From NCBI RefSeq assembly GCF_964059055.1, contig NZ_OZ060386.1:90001-122000 (forward strand): a DNA stretch of 32,000 nt, given 5' to 3'. Source of the stretch: Buchnera aphidicola (Neophyllaphis podocarpi). GTDB lineage: Bacteria; Pseudomonadota; Gammaproteobacteria; Enterobacterales; Enterobacteriaceae. The notes under the pieces are model-generated. The model worked only from the letters and a program-made list of their open reading frames with translations. It had not been told where the DNA came from and ran no database searches. Positions within the stretch are counted from its first letter, which is position 1, and each line of letters starts with the position of its first letter. The position numbers were made by a program, and so were the translations under genes. Shown here one piece after another: positions 1 to 10,021 of the stretch.

Positions 1-1
1 T

Positions 2-793
2 TATGCAGCTAAAATATGCGGGGTTACTAAAATTTATGAAATAGGAGGAGCTCAAGCTATAGCTGCTTTAGCAATTGGTACTAAAAGTATACCTAAAGTA
101 AATAAAATATTTGGTCCTGGCAATATTTATGTAACAGAAGCTAAAATTCAAGTAAATAATTCTGGTATTGGGGTTTCTATAGATATGCCTGCTGGTCCTT
201 CTGAAGTATTAATTATTGCTGATAAATTTGCGAATTCTTCATTTATTGCTTCAGACTTTTTATCTCAATTGGAACATGGTATTTATTCTCAAGCTATTTT
301 ATTGACTGATAATATTAATCTCGCACAAAATGTTAAATTAGAAATAAAAAAACAGATTACCTCTTTATCTAATTATAAAATAATATTACAATCTTTAAAA
401 AATAGTTTTATTATAGTTACTGATAATATACATTCTTGTATAAATATATCTAATCGTTATTGTCCGGAACATTTGATTATACAAACTAGAAATCCTAGAG
501 ATATATTAAAATTTATTTATAATGCAGGATCTATATTTTTAGGTGACTGGTCTCCTGAGTCTGCTGGTGACTATGCTTCAGGTACTAATCATGTTTTACC
601 TACTTATGGTTATGCTTCTTCTTATTCAGGGATTAGTCTGTGTGATTTTCAAAAAAGAATTAGTGTTCAAGAATTAACTTCAGATGGTTTATTAAATTTA
701 TCTAAAACTATAAAAATATTATCTAAATTAGAAAATATGGATGCTCATACTAATTCTATTGATATAAGGTTATCTTCTTTAAAGGTTAAATAG
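2..793 (+). CDS. hisD: histidinol dehydrogenase, C-terminal ~264 codons (5' end lies upstream of the window)
   Basis: Frame 2 is open from the window edge. The translation (GGAQAIAALAIGT, KIFGPGNIYVTEAK, DMPAGPSEVLIIAD, CPEHLIIQTRN, GDWSPESAGDYASGTNHVLPTYGYA) is colinear with recalled E. coli HisD. The TAG stop directly abuts the hisC ATG. Confidence 0.95.
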   Translation, partial: YAAKICGVTKIYEIGGAQAIAALAIGTKSIPKVNKIFGPGNIYVTEAKIQVNNSGIGVSIDMPAGPSEVLIIADKFANSSFIASDFLSQLEHGIYSQAILLTDNINLAQNVKLEIKKQITSLSNYKIILQSLKNSFIIVTDNIHSCINISNRYCPEHLIIQTRNPRDILKFIYNAGSIFLGDWSPESAGDYASGTNHVLPTYGYASSYSGISLCDFQKRISVQELTSDGLLNLSKTIKILSKLENMDAHTNSIDIRLSSLKVK

Positions 794-1894
794 ATGAATG
801 TAAATTTATTAAAGTTAGCTCGTAAAAATATTCAAACTTTGATTCCATATCAATCAGCTCGTTTAATTGGAGGAAAAGGTAATATTTTTTTGAATGCTAA
901 TGAATCTCCTAATTCTGAATCTTTTAGTCTTACAAACAAAGTATTTAATCGTTATCCAGAATGCCAGCCAAAAGAAATTTTGTCTGTATATTCTAAATAT
1001 ATATCTTTACCATTAAATAATATTTTAGTTACCAGAGGTTCTGATGAATCTATAGAACTATTAATTAAAACTTTTTGTGAACCTTATAAAGATTCAATTA
1101 TGTTTTTTCCTCCTACCTATGATATGTATCATATAAGTGCAAAGATTTTAGGTATAAATGCAGTAATTATACCTAAATTGTCAAACTTTCAGTTAAATTT
1201 AAAACTGATAGAATCTAATTCTAATTCAGTAAAATTAATTTATATATGTAATCCTAATAATCCTACTGGAAATATTATAAGACATAAAGATATAATATTT
1301 ATTTTAAAATTATTTGAATTTAAAGCTCTAGTTGTAATTGATGAAGCATATATTGATTTTTGTTCAGAAAATAGTATGTTAAAATATTTAGATAAATATC
1401 CAAATTTAGTTATTTTAAGAACTTTATCTAAAGCATTTGCTTTGGCTGGATTGAGATGTGGTTTTACATTGGCTAATAAAAATATAATTTTTTTACTTAG
1501 AAAAGTTATAGCTCCTTATCCTTTATCTTCTCCAGTTATAGATATTGTTAATCAGGCTTTTAGTTCTAAAAATATTTTAATAACAAAAAAAAGAATTTTA
1601 CAATTAAATTATAATAGACTTTTTCTAGTAAAAGAGTTAAATAAATTTGATTTTATAGAAAATATATTTAATAGTTATGCTAATTATATATTAGTAAAAT
1701 TTATAAATGCTAATAGAATTTTGAGATTTTTGCAGAATAAAGGAATAGTTTTGCGTAATCAAAGTACCAAATTAAACTTAAATAATTGTATAAGAATTTC
1801 TATAGGAACTTTATTAGAATGCAAAAATTTAATAAAAATATTTAATTTATATAAAACATTTTTATATAAAGATAAGGATATAAACTGTGAGTAA
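794..1894 (+). CDS. hisC: histidinol-phosphate aminotransferase
   Basis: 366-aa ORF in the his operon position. It has class-II aminotransferase motifs (NPNNPTG, and LSKAFALAGLRCG with the PLP lysine). The ATG follows the hisD stop with no gap. Confidence 0.93.
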   Translation: MNVNLLKLARKNIQTLIPYQSARLIGGKGNIFLNANESPNSESFSLTNKVFNRYPECQPKEILSVYSKYISLPLNNILVTRGSDESIELLIKTFCEPYKDSIMFFPPTYDMYHISAKILGINAVIIPKLSNFQLNLKLIESNSNSVKLIYICNPNNPTGNIIRHKDIIFILKLFEFKALVVIDEAYIDFCSENSMLKYLDKYPNLVILRTLSKAFALAGLRCGFTLANKNIIFLLRKVIAPYPLSSPVIDIVNQAFSSKNILITKKRILQLNYNRLFLVKELNKFDFIENIFNSYANYILVKFINANRILRFLQNKGIVLRNQSTKLNLNNCIRISIGTLLECKNLIKIFNLYKTFLYKDKDINCE

Positions 1895-2954
1895 AAATTT
1901 TTTATTTATAGATCGCGATGGAACTTTAATAAAAGAGCCTTTGCATACTTTACAAGTAGACAAGATAGAAAAATTAGAACTTGAATCAAATGTAATTCCT
2001 GCATTAATAGAATTAAAAAAACATAAATATAAGTTTTTGATCGTAACTAATCAAGACGGATTAGGAACTAGTAGTTTTCCAATTTTAGATTTTGATTTAT
2101 CTAACAATTTTATGTTAAACTTATTTAAGTCTCAAGGTATTGTATTTGAAAAAATATTTATTTGTCCTCATTTTGAAAACCAAAAATGTAATTGTAGAAA
2201 ACCTAATACTAAATTAGTTGATAAGTTTATCAAAAATAATAAAATAAATACAAAACTTAGTTATGTAATTGGTGATAGAATTACTGATTTATTATTTGCT
2301 AAAAACATAGGAATACAAGGTGTTAGATATGGAAAATATGGATATAATTGGTTAGAAATATTAAAATTCATTTTAAAAAGATATAGATACGCTAAATTAT
2401 TTAGAAATACATCAGAAACAAAAGTATATATTGAAGCTTGGTTAGATTATCCTGGTCATAGTAATATAGATACTAAAATAAATTTTTTTAATCATATGTT
2501 GCATCAAATATCTATTCATAGCGGTATCACAATGAATATTAATGTTATTGGTGATGTTTATATTGATGATCATCATACTGTAGAAGATACAGCTATAGTT
2601 TTAGGTAAAGTTTTAAATAAAATATTAAAAGATAAAATTGGTATTAATAGGTTCAGTTTTTTATTACCTATGGATGAAAGTATTGCTAAATGTATTATAG
2701 ATATTTCAGGTAGACCTTATTTAAAATTTAAAGCTAATTTTAAATATCAAAAAGTTGGTGATTTAAGCACAGAAATGATCAAACATTTTTTTTATACCAT
2801 AGTATATTCAATGAATATTAATCTTCATATAGAAGCTAAAGGAGAAAATGATCATCATATTGCTGAAAGTTTGTTTAAAGTTTTCGGAAAGTGCTTACAG
2901 CAATCTATAAAAGTACAAGGAAATGTTTTACCTAGTTCTAAAGGAATAATTTAA
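1887..2954 (+). CDS. hisB: bifunctional histidinol-phosphatase / imidazoleglycerol-phosphate dehydratase
   Basis: GTG start overlaps the hisC stop by 8 nt (GTGAGTAA). It has the HAD motif FIDRDGTL, NQDGLG, the IGPD motif DDHHTVEDT and the C-terminal LPSSKG, colinear with recalled E. coli HisB. Confidence 0.95.
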   Translation: MSKNFLFIDRDGTLIKEPLHTLQVDKIEKLELESNVIPALIELKKHKYKFLIVTNQDGLGTSSFPILDFDLSNNFMLNLFKSQGIVFEKIFICPHFENQKCNCRKPNTKLVDKFIKNNKINTKLSYVIGDRITDLLFAKNIGIQGVRYGKYGYNWLEILKFILKRYRYAKLFRNTSETKVYIEAWLDYPGHSNIDTKINFFNHMLHQISIHSGITMNINVIGDVYIDDHHTVEDTAIVLGKVLNKILKDKIGINRFSFLLPMDESIAKCIIDISGRPYLKFKANFKYQKVGDLSTEMIKHFFYTIVYSMNINLHIEAKGENDHHIAESLFKVFGKCLQQSIKVQGNVLPSSKGII

Positions 2955-2956
2955 AT

Positions 2957-3547
2957 ATGAATATTGTTCTTTTAGATACTGGATGCGCTAATCTATCATC
3001 TGTAAAATGGGCTATACATAAATTAGGTTACAATGTAACAATAAGTAAAGACATTAATGTCATATTAAATTCTCATAAAATATTGTTACCTGGTGTAGGT
3101 ACTCCTTCTTCTGCTATGGAAGAATTAAATAAAAATAATTTAATTAGTATTTTAAAATCTTATAAAAATCCTATTTTGGGTATTTGTTTAGGTATGCAAA
3201 TAATGGGAAAAGTGAGTTACGAAAGTGTTGAAATAAATAATTTAAATATATTTGATATAAATGTTAGAAGATTAGATTCTAAAAATTTTGTTTTACCCCA
3301 TATTGGTTGGAATAAAGTAAATTATTATACAAATAATATATTATTCAAAGGAATAAAACCTAATTCTTGGTTTTATTTTTTACATAGTTATGCAATGCCG
3401 CTAAATAAATATACTATAGCAGATTGTTATTATGGTAGTTTTTTTAGTGCCGCTGTACAAAAAGATAATTATTTCGGCGTGCAGTTTCATCCAGAAAAAT
3501 CCGGTAATAATGGTTCTAAATTATTAAAAAATTTTATAGAGATATAA
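2957..3547 (+). CDS. hisH: imidazole glycerol phosphate synthase, glutamine amidotransferase subunit
   Basis: 196 aa with the nucleophile elbow GICLGMQ and the FHPEKS motif. It starts 2 nt after the hisB stop. Confidence 0.93.
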   Translation: MNIVLLDTGCANLSSVKWAIHKLGYNVTISKDINVILNSHKILLPGVGTPSSAMEELNKNNLISILKSYKNPILGICLGMQIMGKVSYESVEINNLNIFDINVRRLDSKNFVLPHIGWNKVNYYTNNILFKGIKPNSWFYFLHSYAMPLNKYTIADCYYGSFFSAAVQKDNYFGVQFHPEKSGNNGSKLLKNFIEI

Positions 3548-3550
3548 CAC

Positions 3551-4309
3551 ATGATAATTCCATCTATTGATTTACTTGATGGTAAAGTAGTTAGATTATA
3601 TAAAGGTAACTATAATAATAAAAAGTTATATAATAGTTGTCCATTTGAATTAGTAAAAAAATATGAAAAAGCAGGAGTTAAATGTTTACATTTAGTTGAT
3701 TTATCAGGAGCTAAAAATTTTTTAAATCGCCAGATATCATTAATATCTCAAATTGTTTCTTCTACAAATATGAATATTCAAGTAGGAGGAGGAGTTCGTA
3801 CAATAAAAGATGTAGATAATTTATTTTTAGCAGGTGTTAAAAAAGTTGTTATTGGTTCAATGGCTGTAACTAATAAAATAGAATTAAAAAATATATTTCA
3901 ATATTATTCTAGTAATATGTTAGTATTAGCTATTGATATAATCATTGATAAAAAAAATAAAAGTAAAAATGTCTTAATTAACGGATGGAAAAGTTCTACT
4001 TCTTTAACTTTAGAGTGTTTAATAGATTTTTATTCTGATTTTGGTTTAAAATATGTTTTATGTACTGATATTTCTAGAGATGGTACTTTAATTGGCCCTA
4101 ATATTGATTTGTATAAAGAAATATCTAATAAATTTAAATTAGTTAATTTTCAAGCTTCTGGTGGTGTAAGTTCTTTGAAAGACATAATATGTCTTAAGTA
4201 TTCAGGTGTTAAAAATATTATTATAGGCAAAGCTTTACTAGAAAATAAATTTACTATTTTAGAGGCTATTAATGTTAGCAAAAAGAATAATACCTTGTTT
4301 AGATGTTAA
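3551..4309 (+). CDS. hisA: ProFAR isomerase
   Basis: 252 aa with IIPSIDLLDGKVVRL, GGGVR and ASGGV (beta/alpha-barrel HisA signatures). The C-terminus runs ~6 aa past the recalled E. coli end and overlaps hisF by 38 nt. Confidence 0.92.
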   Translation: MIIPSIDLLDGKVVRLYKGNYNNKKLYNSCPFELVKKYEKAGVKCLHLVDLSGAKNFLNRQISLISQIVSSTNMNIQVGGGVRTIKDVDNLFLAGVKKVVIGSMAVTNKIELKNIFQYYSSNMLVLAIDIIIDKKNKSKNVLINGWKSSTSLTLECLIDFYSDFGLKYVLCTDISRDGTLIGPNIDLYKEISNKFKLVNFQASGGVSSLKDIICLKYSGVKNIIIGKALLENKFTILEAINVSKKNNTLFRC

Positions 4310-5048
4310 AGATGGTTTAGTTGTTAAAGGTATTAAATTTAAAAATCATAAAGTTATAGGAGATATATTATTTTTAGCAGAAAATTATTCTATTAACGGT
4401 GCAGATGAGTTGGTTTTTTATGATATTGCTGCTTCTGCAGATAATAAATTATTAGATAAAAAATGGATTTATAACATTTCAAGATTAATTAACATACCAT
4501 TTTGTGTAGCTGGTGGTATTAAAAGTATTAATGATGCTGCATTGGTACTTTCTTTAGGGGCAGATAAAATTTCAGTTAATTCTCCTGCCATAGAAAATCC
4601 TAGTTTAATTTATGAATTATCTAATCATTTTGGTTCCCAGTGTGTAGTTATTGGAATTGATGTTTGGTTTGATAAATTTGATAGAAAATATTTTATTTAT
4701 CAGTATACTGGTAATGAAAATAAAATGATATCAACTAAATTAAATGTATTTGATTGGATAAAAAAAGTGCAAGATTTAGGAGCAGGAGAAATTGTATTAA
4801 ATATGATGAATCAAGATGGTATTTGTCAAGGATATGATATAAAATTTTTAAACAAAATTGAAAATATATGTAATGTACCTTTAATTGCTTCGGGAGGAGC
4901 TGGTAAAAATGAACATTTTTATACATTATTTAATGAAACAGGAGTTTCAGGAGCTCTTGCAGCATCTGTATTTCACAACAATATCATAAGTATAAATAAA
5001 TTAAAGAGCTTTTTATTAAGTAAGGGAATTAATATAAGATTATGTTAA
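4272..5048 (+). CDS. hisF: imidazole glycerol phosphate synthase, cyclase subunit
   Basis: MLAKRIIPCLDVKDG, FCVAGGIKS, GAGEIVLNMMNQDG and PLIASGGAG are nearly identical in layout to recalled E. coli HisF. Confidence 0.96.
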   Translation: MLAKRIIPCLDVKDGLVVKGIKFKNHKVIGDILFLAENYSINGADELVFYDIAASADNKLLDKKWIYNISRLINIPFCVAGGIKSINDAALVLSLGADKISVNSPAIENPSLIYELSNHFGSQCVVIGIDVWFDKFDRKYFIYQYTGNENKMISTKLNVFDWIKKVQDLGAGEIVLNMMNQDGICQGYDIKFLNKIENICNVPLIASGGAGKNEHFYTLFNETGVSGALAASVFHNNIISINKLKSFLLSKGINIRLC

Positions 5049-5668
5049 GTATTAATGAATTACATAAAATAAATTGGAATAAAATTAATGGAATGGTTCC
5101 TTCAATAATACAAGATAATAATACCGGTTTAGTATTAATGCATGGTTATTTAAATGAAAAAGCATTAACTATTACAATACAAACTAAAAAAGTAACTTTT
5201 TATTCTCGTACTAAAAAACGTTTATGGACTAAAGGAGAAACTTCTGGTAATTTTTTATTATTAAAAAAAATACTATTAGATTGTGATCACGATTCACTAT
5301 TATTATTTGTAGATCCTATAAATAATACTTGCCATTTAAATAATTTAAGCTGTTTTTTTTCTCCTAATTTCTCACATTTTTCTTTTTTAAATTATTTAGA
5401 AAAATTTTTAATAGGTGTTAAAAATAATAACTCTTTAAATTCTTATACAAATAAAATATATAATCAAGGAATTAAACGTTTATCACAAAAAGTTGGGGAA
5501 GAAGGTTTAGAAGTTGCTTTAGCTTCTTTATCTAAAAATAAACAGGAAGTTATAGATGAATCTTCTGATTTAATTTATCATCTTTTGTTATTGCTTTTAT
5601 ATCATAATTTAAGTTTTAATGATATTATTAAAAATTTACAAAAACGTCATAATAAAAAAAATATTTAA
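5042..5668 (+). CDS. hisI: bifunctional phosphoribosyl-AMP cyclohydrolase / phosphoribosyl-ATP pyrophosphatase
   Basis: The ATG overlaps the hisF stop (ATGTTAA). FYSRTKKRLWTKGETSGN marks the cyclohydrolase half, and QKVGEEGLE plus DLIYHLLLLL mark the pyrophosphohydrolase half. Confidence 0.94.
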   Translation: MLSINELHKINWNKINGMVPSIIQDNNTGLVLMHGYLNEKALTITIQTKKVTFYSRTKKRLWTKGETSGNFLLLKKILLDCDHDSLLLFVDPINNTCHLNNLSCFFSPNFSHFSFLNYLEKFLIGVKNNNSLNSYTNKIYNQGIKRLSQKVGEEGLEVALASLSKNKQEVIDESSDLIYHLLLLLLYHNLSFNDIIKNLQKRHNKKNI

Positions 5669-5804
5669 TATTGAATTTTTGAATTTAACCTGAAATTAAA
5701 TTTTATTTTATTTTTTTATGATTCATTTATATATCTTTATCAGCAATATAATATCATTTTTATATATTGATTATATTTTTAGTGTTCTTTATTAGGAATT
5801 TTAT

Positions 5805-7211
5805 ATGTCTAAAAAAAATATTGGTATTATAGGTATGGCTGTTATGGGTAGTAATTTAGCTATTAATATAGCTAATAATAAATACTCAGTTTCTATTTTT
5901 AATCGTTCAAGTGACAAAACAAAAAAAGTTATTACAGATAATAAAGATAAAAATATTACAGCATATTATGACATTAAAAAATTTATCTTATCCTTAGAAA
6001 AACCTAGAAAAATTTTACTTATGGTTAAATCAGGGAAAGCTGTTGATAAAACTATTAATGAAATAGTTCCTTATTTAAATAAAGGAGATATAATTATAGA
6101 TGGAGGAAATTCTTTTTATAAAGACACTATGATTCGTAATAATAATTTATCCAATATAGGTTTAAATTTTATTGGATCTGGGATTTCTGGAGGAGAATAT
6201 GGTGCTCTTATAGGGCCTTCTATCATGCCTGGCGGAAAAAAAATAGCATATGATCAAGTTCATCCTATTTTTGAAAAGATAGCTGCAAAATTTAATGGAG
6301 AGTCTTGTGTAACATATATTGGTCCTAATGGATCGGGGCATTATGTTAAAATGATTCATAATGGTATTGAATATGGTGATATGCAATTAATATCAGAAAC
6401 ATATTTTTTACTAAAACATTTTGTAGGTATGAGTAACCCAGAATTGTCAGAAATATTTTGTGAATGGAATAATGGTGAATTAAATAGTTATTTAATAGAA
6501 ATTACAAAAAATATTTTTTTAAAAAAAGATGAAAATAATAATTTCTTAATAGATATGATCTTAGATCAAGCAGATAATAAAGGTACAGGAAAGTGGACTA
6601 GTAAAAATGCTTTAGATTTAGGTCAACCTTTATCATTAATTACTGAATCAGTTTTCTCTCGTTATATATCTTTCATAAAATCACAAAGAATTTTAGCATC
6701 TAAAATATTAAAAGGACCTAAAAAAGTTTGTATTATTAAAAATAAACTTGATTATATTGAACATGTAAGAAAATCTTTATATTTTAGTAAGATAATTTGT
6801 TATTCTCAAGGTTTTTCCCAATTAAAAGCAGCTTCTGATAAATATAATTGGAAATTAAATTTTTCTAATATAGCTAAAATATTTAGAGCTGGTTGTATTA
6901 TTAAAGCAAAGTTTTTACAAAAAATATCTGATGCTTATATAAATGATAATAGTTTAATAAATTTGTTATTATCTAGTTATTTTAAAGATATAGCAAATAA
7001 TTACCAAAATTCTTTAAGATATGTAGTTTCTCATGCTATCAATCACGGAGCTCCTATACCTGCTTTTTCTGCTGCTATTTCTTATTATGATAGTTATAGA
7101 TGCTCTAATTTATCTTCTAATTTAATTCAAGCTCAAAGAGATTATTTTGGCGCACATACTTATAAAAGAATAGATATAGATGGAATTTTTCATACTAATT
7201 GGTTAAATTAA
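5805..7211 (+). CDS. gnd: 6-phosphogluconate dehydrogenase (decarboxylating)
   Basis: 468 aa with the N-terminal Rossmann segment [35 protein letters not shown], and the C-terminal [12 protein letters not shown]. Confidence 0.96.
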   Translation: MSKKNIGIIGMAVMGSNLAINIANNKYSVSIFNRSSDKTKKVITDNKDKNITAYYDIKKFILSLEKPRKILLMVKSGKAVDKTINEIVPYLNKGDIIIDGGNSFYKDTMIRNNNLSNIGLNFIGSGISGGEYGALIGPSIMPGGKKIAYDQVHPIFEKIAAKFNGESCVTYIGPNGSGHYVKMIHNGIEYGDMQLISETYFLLKHFVGMSNPELSEIFCEWNNGELNSYLIEITKNIFLKKDENNNFLIDMILDQADNKGTGKWTSKNALDLGQPLSLITESVFSRYISFIKSQRILASKILKGPKKVCIIKNKLDYIEHVRKSLYFSKIICYSQGFSQLKAASDKYNWKLNFSNIAKIFRAGCIIKAKFLQKISDAYINDNSLINLLLSSYFKDIANNYQNSLRYVVSHAINHGAPIPAFSAAISYYDSYRCSNLSSNLIQAQRDYFGAHTYKRIDIDGIFHTNWLN

Positions 7212-7250
7212 TTTTTTATAAAATATATTATATTTAATACTCTATTTTTT

Positions 7251-7287
7251 GTTAGTAGAGATTTTTTATATCTCTGCTAGCTTTTTT
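7251..7287 (+). terminator. putative rho-independent terminator after gnd
   Basis: Stem 7251-7262 / 7270-7281 (gttagtagagat / atctctgctagc, with two G.U pairs), a 7-nt loop, then TTTTTT at 7282-7287. It lies 40 nt after the gnd stop. Confidence 0.6.
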
Positions 7288-7310
7288 ATTTAAAAGTTAT
7301 ATAAAATTTT

Positions 7311-8339
7311 ATGAATATTATTATAACAGGTGGTTCTAGATTTATTAGTTTAACACTAGCTAAATATATTATTAATTTTACCAATGATAAAATATTATTG
7401 ATAGATAATTTAAAATGTACTAAAAATTTGAATTTATTTTTTAAAACTATGATTGATAAGGATAGAATTAGTATATTTAAAACTGATTTAGAAGATAAAA
7501 AATCTATTGATTACATATTTTTAAAGTTTCATCCTCATATTATTATTAATATTGAATATGATTATAATATTAATAATAAAATTACAGATTATTCAAATAA
7601 TTTTATTAGAAATAATTTTGTTAATACTTTAAATTTATTAGAATGTTCTAAAAATTATTGGAATAGTTTAGATATAGTTGATAAAAAAACATTTAAATTT
7701 AATTGTATATTTAAATCAGATGTATATTATAAATTTAATATTTTAAATGTATTACAAGAGATTTCAATTCATGACAATATTAATCCTTATTTAATATCTA
7801 AAAGTTTAATTAGTTGTTTAATGAGTTCTTGGTATTTTTCATATAAATTACCTATTATAATTACCAATATTTCTAATCATTATGGTCCTTTAGATTTCTC
7901 TAATACATTAATTTCTAAATCTATATTTAATGCATTATTGGGTAAAAAAATTGTTTTAAATAAAGACAATATTTTTGAAATTAATAATTGGCTATATATA
8001 GATGATTATGTTAGATCTTTATATAATTTAACTGTAAAAGGTGATATTGGATATATTTATAATATAAGGTCTTACTATTTAAGTAATATAAGATTATTAA
8101 AAATTATTTGTTATTTATTAAATATTTTAGTTAAAATTAAACCTGTCGGAGTTTCTAATTTTTTTGATTTAATAGTTAGTAATTCTTTTCATCAAAAAAG
8201 TTTTTTAAATAATAATTTTATTTATAATATAATTAATACAAAAATAGAATCTAAAATTGATAAAAATTTTAAAAATAAAATTGTTAAAACTATTAAATGG
8301 TATATTAAAAATATTGAATTATTGAATTCTTTTTTTTAA
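7311..8339 (+). CDS. dTDP-glucose 4,6-dehydratase homologue (RfbB/RffG family) with degenerate NAD-binding and catalytic motifs; function uncertain
   Basis: 342-aa intact ORF colinear with recalled E. coli RfbB: NYWNSLDIVDKKTFKF vs NYWSALDSDKKNSFRF, ITNISNHYGP vs VTNCSNNYGP, and NNWLYIDDYVRSLY vs RDWLYVEDHARALY. However TGGAGFIG has become TGGSRFIS and STDEVYG has become FKSDVYY. Confidence 0.75.
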   Translation: MNIIITGGSRFISLTLAKYIINFTNDKILLIDNLKCTKNLNLFFKTMIDKDRISIFKTDLEDKKSIDYIFLKFHPHIIINIEYDYNINNKITDYSNNFIRNNFVNTLNLLECSKNYWNSLDIVDKKTFKFNCIFKSDVYYKFNILNVLQEISIHDNINPYLISKSLISCLMSSWYFSYKLPIIITNISNHYGPLDFSNTLISKSIFNALLGKKIVLNKDNIFEINNWLYIDDYVRSLYNLTVKGDIGYIYNIRSYYLSNIRLLKIICYLLNILVKIKPVGVSNFFDLIVSNSFHQKSFLNNNFIYNIINTKIESKIDKNFKNKIVKTIKWYIKNIELLNSFF

Positions 8340-8487
8340 TTTTTATTTAGCTAATTATTAAATTTTTGTTGATAATGATCAAATTTTTATTTGGTAAAGC
8401 ATTTTATTCAGATTTTCATTTTTTTTGATTTTTTTTATAGATTTTTTACAAATAAATTTTTTATTTAAATAAGAGTTAATACATTTT

Positions 8488-9063
8488 ATGAGATTATGTG
8501 ATAAAGATATTGAGATTTGGTTAAATAGTCGTAAATTATCAATTTTTCCGCATCCTGATAAAAAAAATATTCACGGAGCTACTATTGATATACATTTAGA
8601 TAACACGTTTCGTATTTTTCGTGAATGTAATGCTGGATATATAGATTTGAGTCTTGCTGAAAATGAAATAAATTCATTATTACACAAAGTCATGAGCGAT
8701 GAAATTATTATTAATAAAGGTAATTTTTTTTTCTTACACCCTGGTCAATTTGCTTTATCTACAACATTAGAAATAATTTCTATACCTAATAATTTGATAG
8801 GTTGGCTAGATGGTAGATCTTCATTGGCTAGACTTGGTTTAATGGTTCATGCAACTGCTCACAGAATTGACCCAGGATGGAAGGGAAAAATTGTTTTAGA
8901 ATTTTATAATTCTGGTAAATTACCTCTTGCTCTGTATCCTAAAATGATTATTGGTGCTTTAAGTTTTGAAACTCTTTCTGGTAGTTCAATTAGACCTTAT
9001 AATTGTAGGAGTTCTGCTAAATATTTAAATCAATTAAATATATTATCTTCTGATTCTAAATAG
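8488..9063 (+). CDS. dcd: dCTP deaminase
   Basis: 191 aa. [54 protein letters not shown] is almost identical in layout to recalled E. coli Dcd. Confidence 0.96.
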   Translation: MRLCDKDIEIWLNSRKLSIFPHPDKKNIHGATIDIHLDNTFRIFRECNAGYIDLSLAENEINSLLHKVMSDEIIINKGNFFFLHPGQFALSTTLEIISIPNNLIGWLDGRSSLARLGLMVHATAHRIDPGWKGKIVLEFYNSGKLPLALYPKMIIGALSFETLSGSSIRPYNCRSSAKYLNQLNILSSDSK

Positions 9064-9075
9064 ATATAATAATTT

Positions 9076-9109
9076 TTAAGATATTTATATTTTTATTTTT
9101 ATATCTTAA
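9076..9109. terminator. weak A/T-rich hairpin between convergent dcd and thiD (candidate bidirectional terminator)
   Basis: ttaagatat (9076-9084) pairs with atatcttaa (9101-9109) around a 16-nt loop, with T-rich flanks. The stem is 9 bp with a single G-C pair, so support is weak. Confidence 0.25.
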
Positions 9110-9121
9110 TAATTATTTTTA

Positions 9122-9955
9122 TTACCACCATTTATAAAAGTGATTAATAGGTCCTTTTCCTTTTCCTATGTTTAGTTTTTTTGAATTTTCTATTGCTCCT
9201 TGTATCCATTTTTTTGCTTCTAAAACAGTTTTTGTCCAATTATTATATCTAGGTATTAAAGCTGTAAGTGCTGCTGATAGACTACAGCCTGTTCCATGAT
9301 AGTTTTTTGTTTTTACTCTTTTTGCAGAAAATCTTATTTCTTCTGATTTAATAAATAACCAATCTGGACTTTCTTTGCTTTTTAAATGTCCTCCTTTTAA
9401 CAAAACAGCTTTAGCTCCTATTTTAAGTAAATTTCTTCCTTGTATTTTCATTTCTTCTTCACTATTTGCTATATTAGTATTTAATATTATAGCAGATTCT
9501 TTTAAATTTGGCGTTATAATGGAAGCAATAGGAATTAAGTATTTACAAAAATTTTTTATAGAATTTTTTAATAGTAAAGTATGATTGCTTGTAGACACCA
9601 TAACTGTATCTAAAATAATCCATGGTATTTTAGCTTGATTAAGTCTATTATATATAGTTTTAATTATTTCATTATTAAATACCATTCCAATTTTACAGCT
9701 GTCAATTTTGATATCATTAATTACTGAATCTAGTTGTTTTAAAATGAAATTTGGTTTTATAGGCATAATGTCTTGTATTCCACAGGTGTTTTGTGCTACT
9801 AATGAAGTAATTACACTAGAACCATAACTTTTTAAAGCAGCAAATACTTTAATATCAGATTGTATTCCAGCTCCTCCTGTTGGGTCAGTTCCTGCTATAG
9901 TTAAAGATTTTATTGTTTTCATTTTATTTATTATTCTTTTATTTTTGTAAAACAT
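9122..9955 (-). CDS. thiD: hydroxymethylpyrimidine / phosphomethylpyrimidine kinase
   Basis: LTIAGTDPTGGAGIQSDIK, SLVAQNT, ITPNLKE, LLKGGHL, SPDWLF, TKNYHGTGCSLSAALTAL and GKGKGPINHFYKWW are colinear with recalled E. coli ThiD. The true start may be the internal ATG at 9922 (MKTIKSLTIAG), which fits the E. coli N-terminus better. Confidence 0.9.
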   Translation of the reverse strand: MFYKNKRIINKMKTIKSLTIAGTDPTGGAGIQSDIKVFAALKSYGSSVITSLVAQNTCGIQDIMPIKPNFILKQLDSVINDIKIDSCKIGMVFNNEIIKTIYNRLNQAKIPWIILDTVMVSTSNHTLLLKNSIKNFCKYLIPIASIITPNLKESAIILNTNIANSEEEMKIQGRNLLKIGAKAVLLKGGHLKSKESPDWLFIKSEEIRFSAKRVKTKNYHGTGCSLSAALTALIPRYNNWTKTVLEAKKWIQGAIENSKKLNIGKGKGPINHFYKWW

Positions 9956-10021
9956 ATTATAATATATAATTTAATTTTAATTTGTCAATTTTTTATTTGC
10001 ATATGAGAATAATGTTAAATT

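Noticed and set aside
4272-4309. The 38-nt hisA/hisF overlap as a sign of a frameshift or mis-assembly
   Set aside because: Both frames give full-length, motif-complete proteins. hisA simply runs ~6 codons past the recalled E. coli end. Overlaps are typical of this operon: hisC/hisB overlap by 8 nt and hisF/hisI by 7 nt.
4735-4926. 63-aa minus-strand ORF
   Set aside because: It is entirely antisense within the well-supported hisF, its sequence is low-complexity, and no homology was recognised.
5669-5804. Sigma70 promoter calls (for example TATAAT at 5747-5752 upstream of gnd, and TTGTCA near 9985 upstream of metG)
   Set aside because: TATAAT-like hexamers occur throughout sequence this AT-rich. 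Without transcript 5'-end data, any promoter call would be unsupported.
6162-6386. 74-aa minus-strand ORF
   Set aside because: It is antisense inside gnd, so it is a shadow ORF.
9375-9584. 69-aa plus-strand ORF
   Set aside because: It is antisense inside thiD, so it is a shadow ORF.
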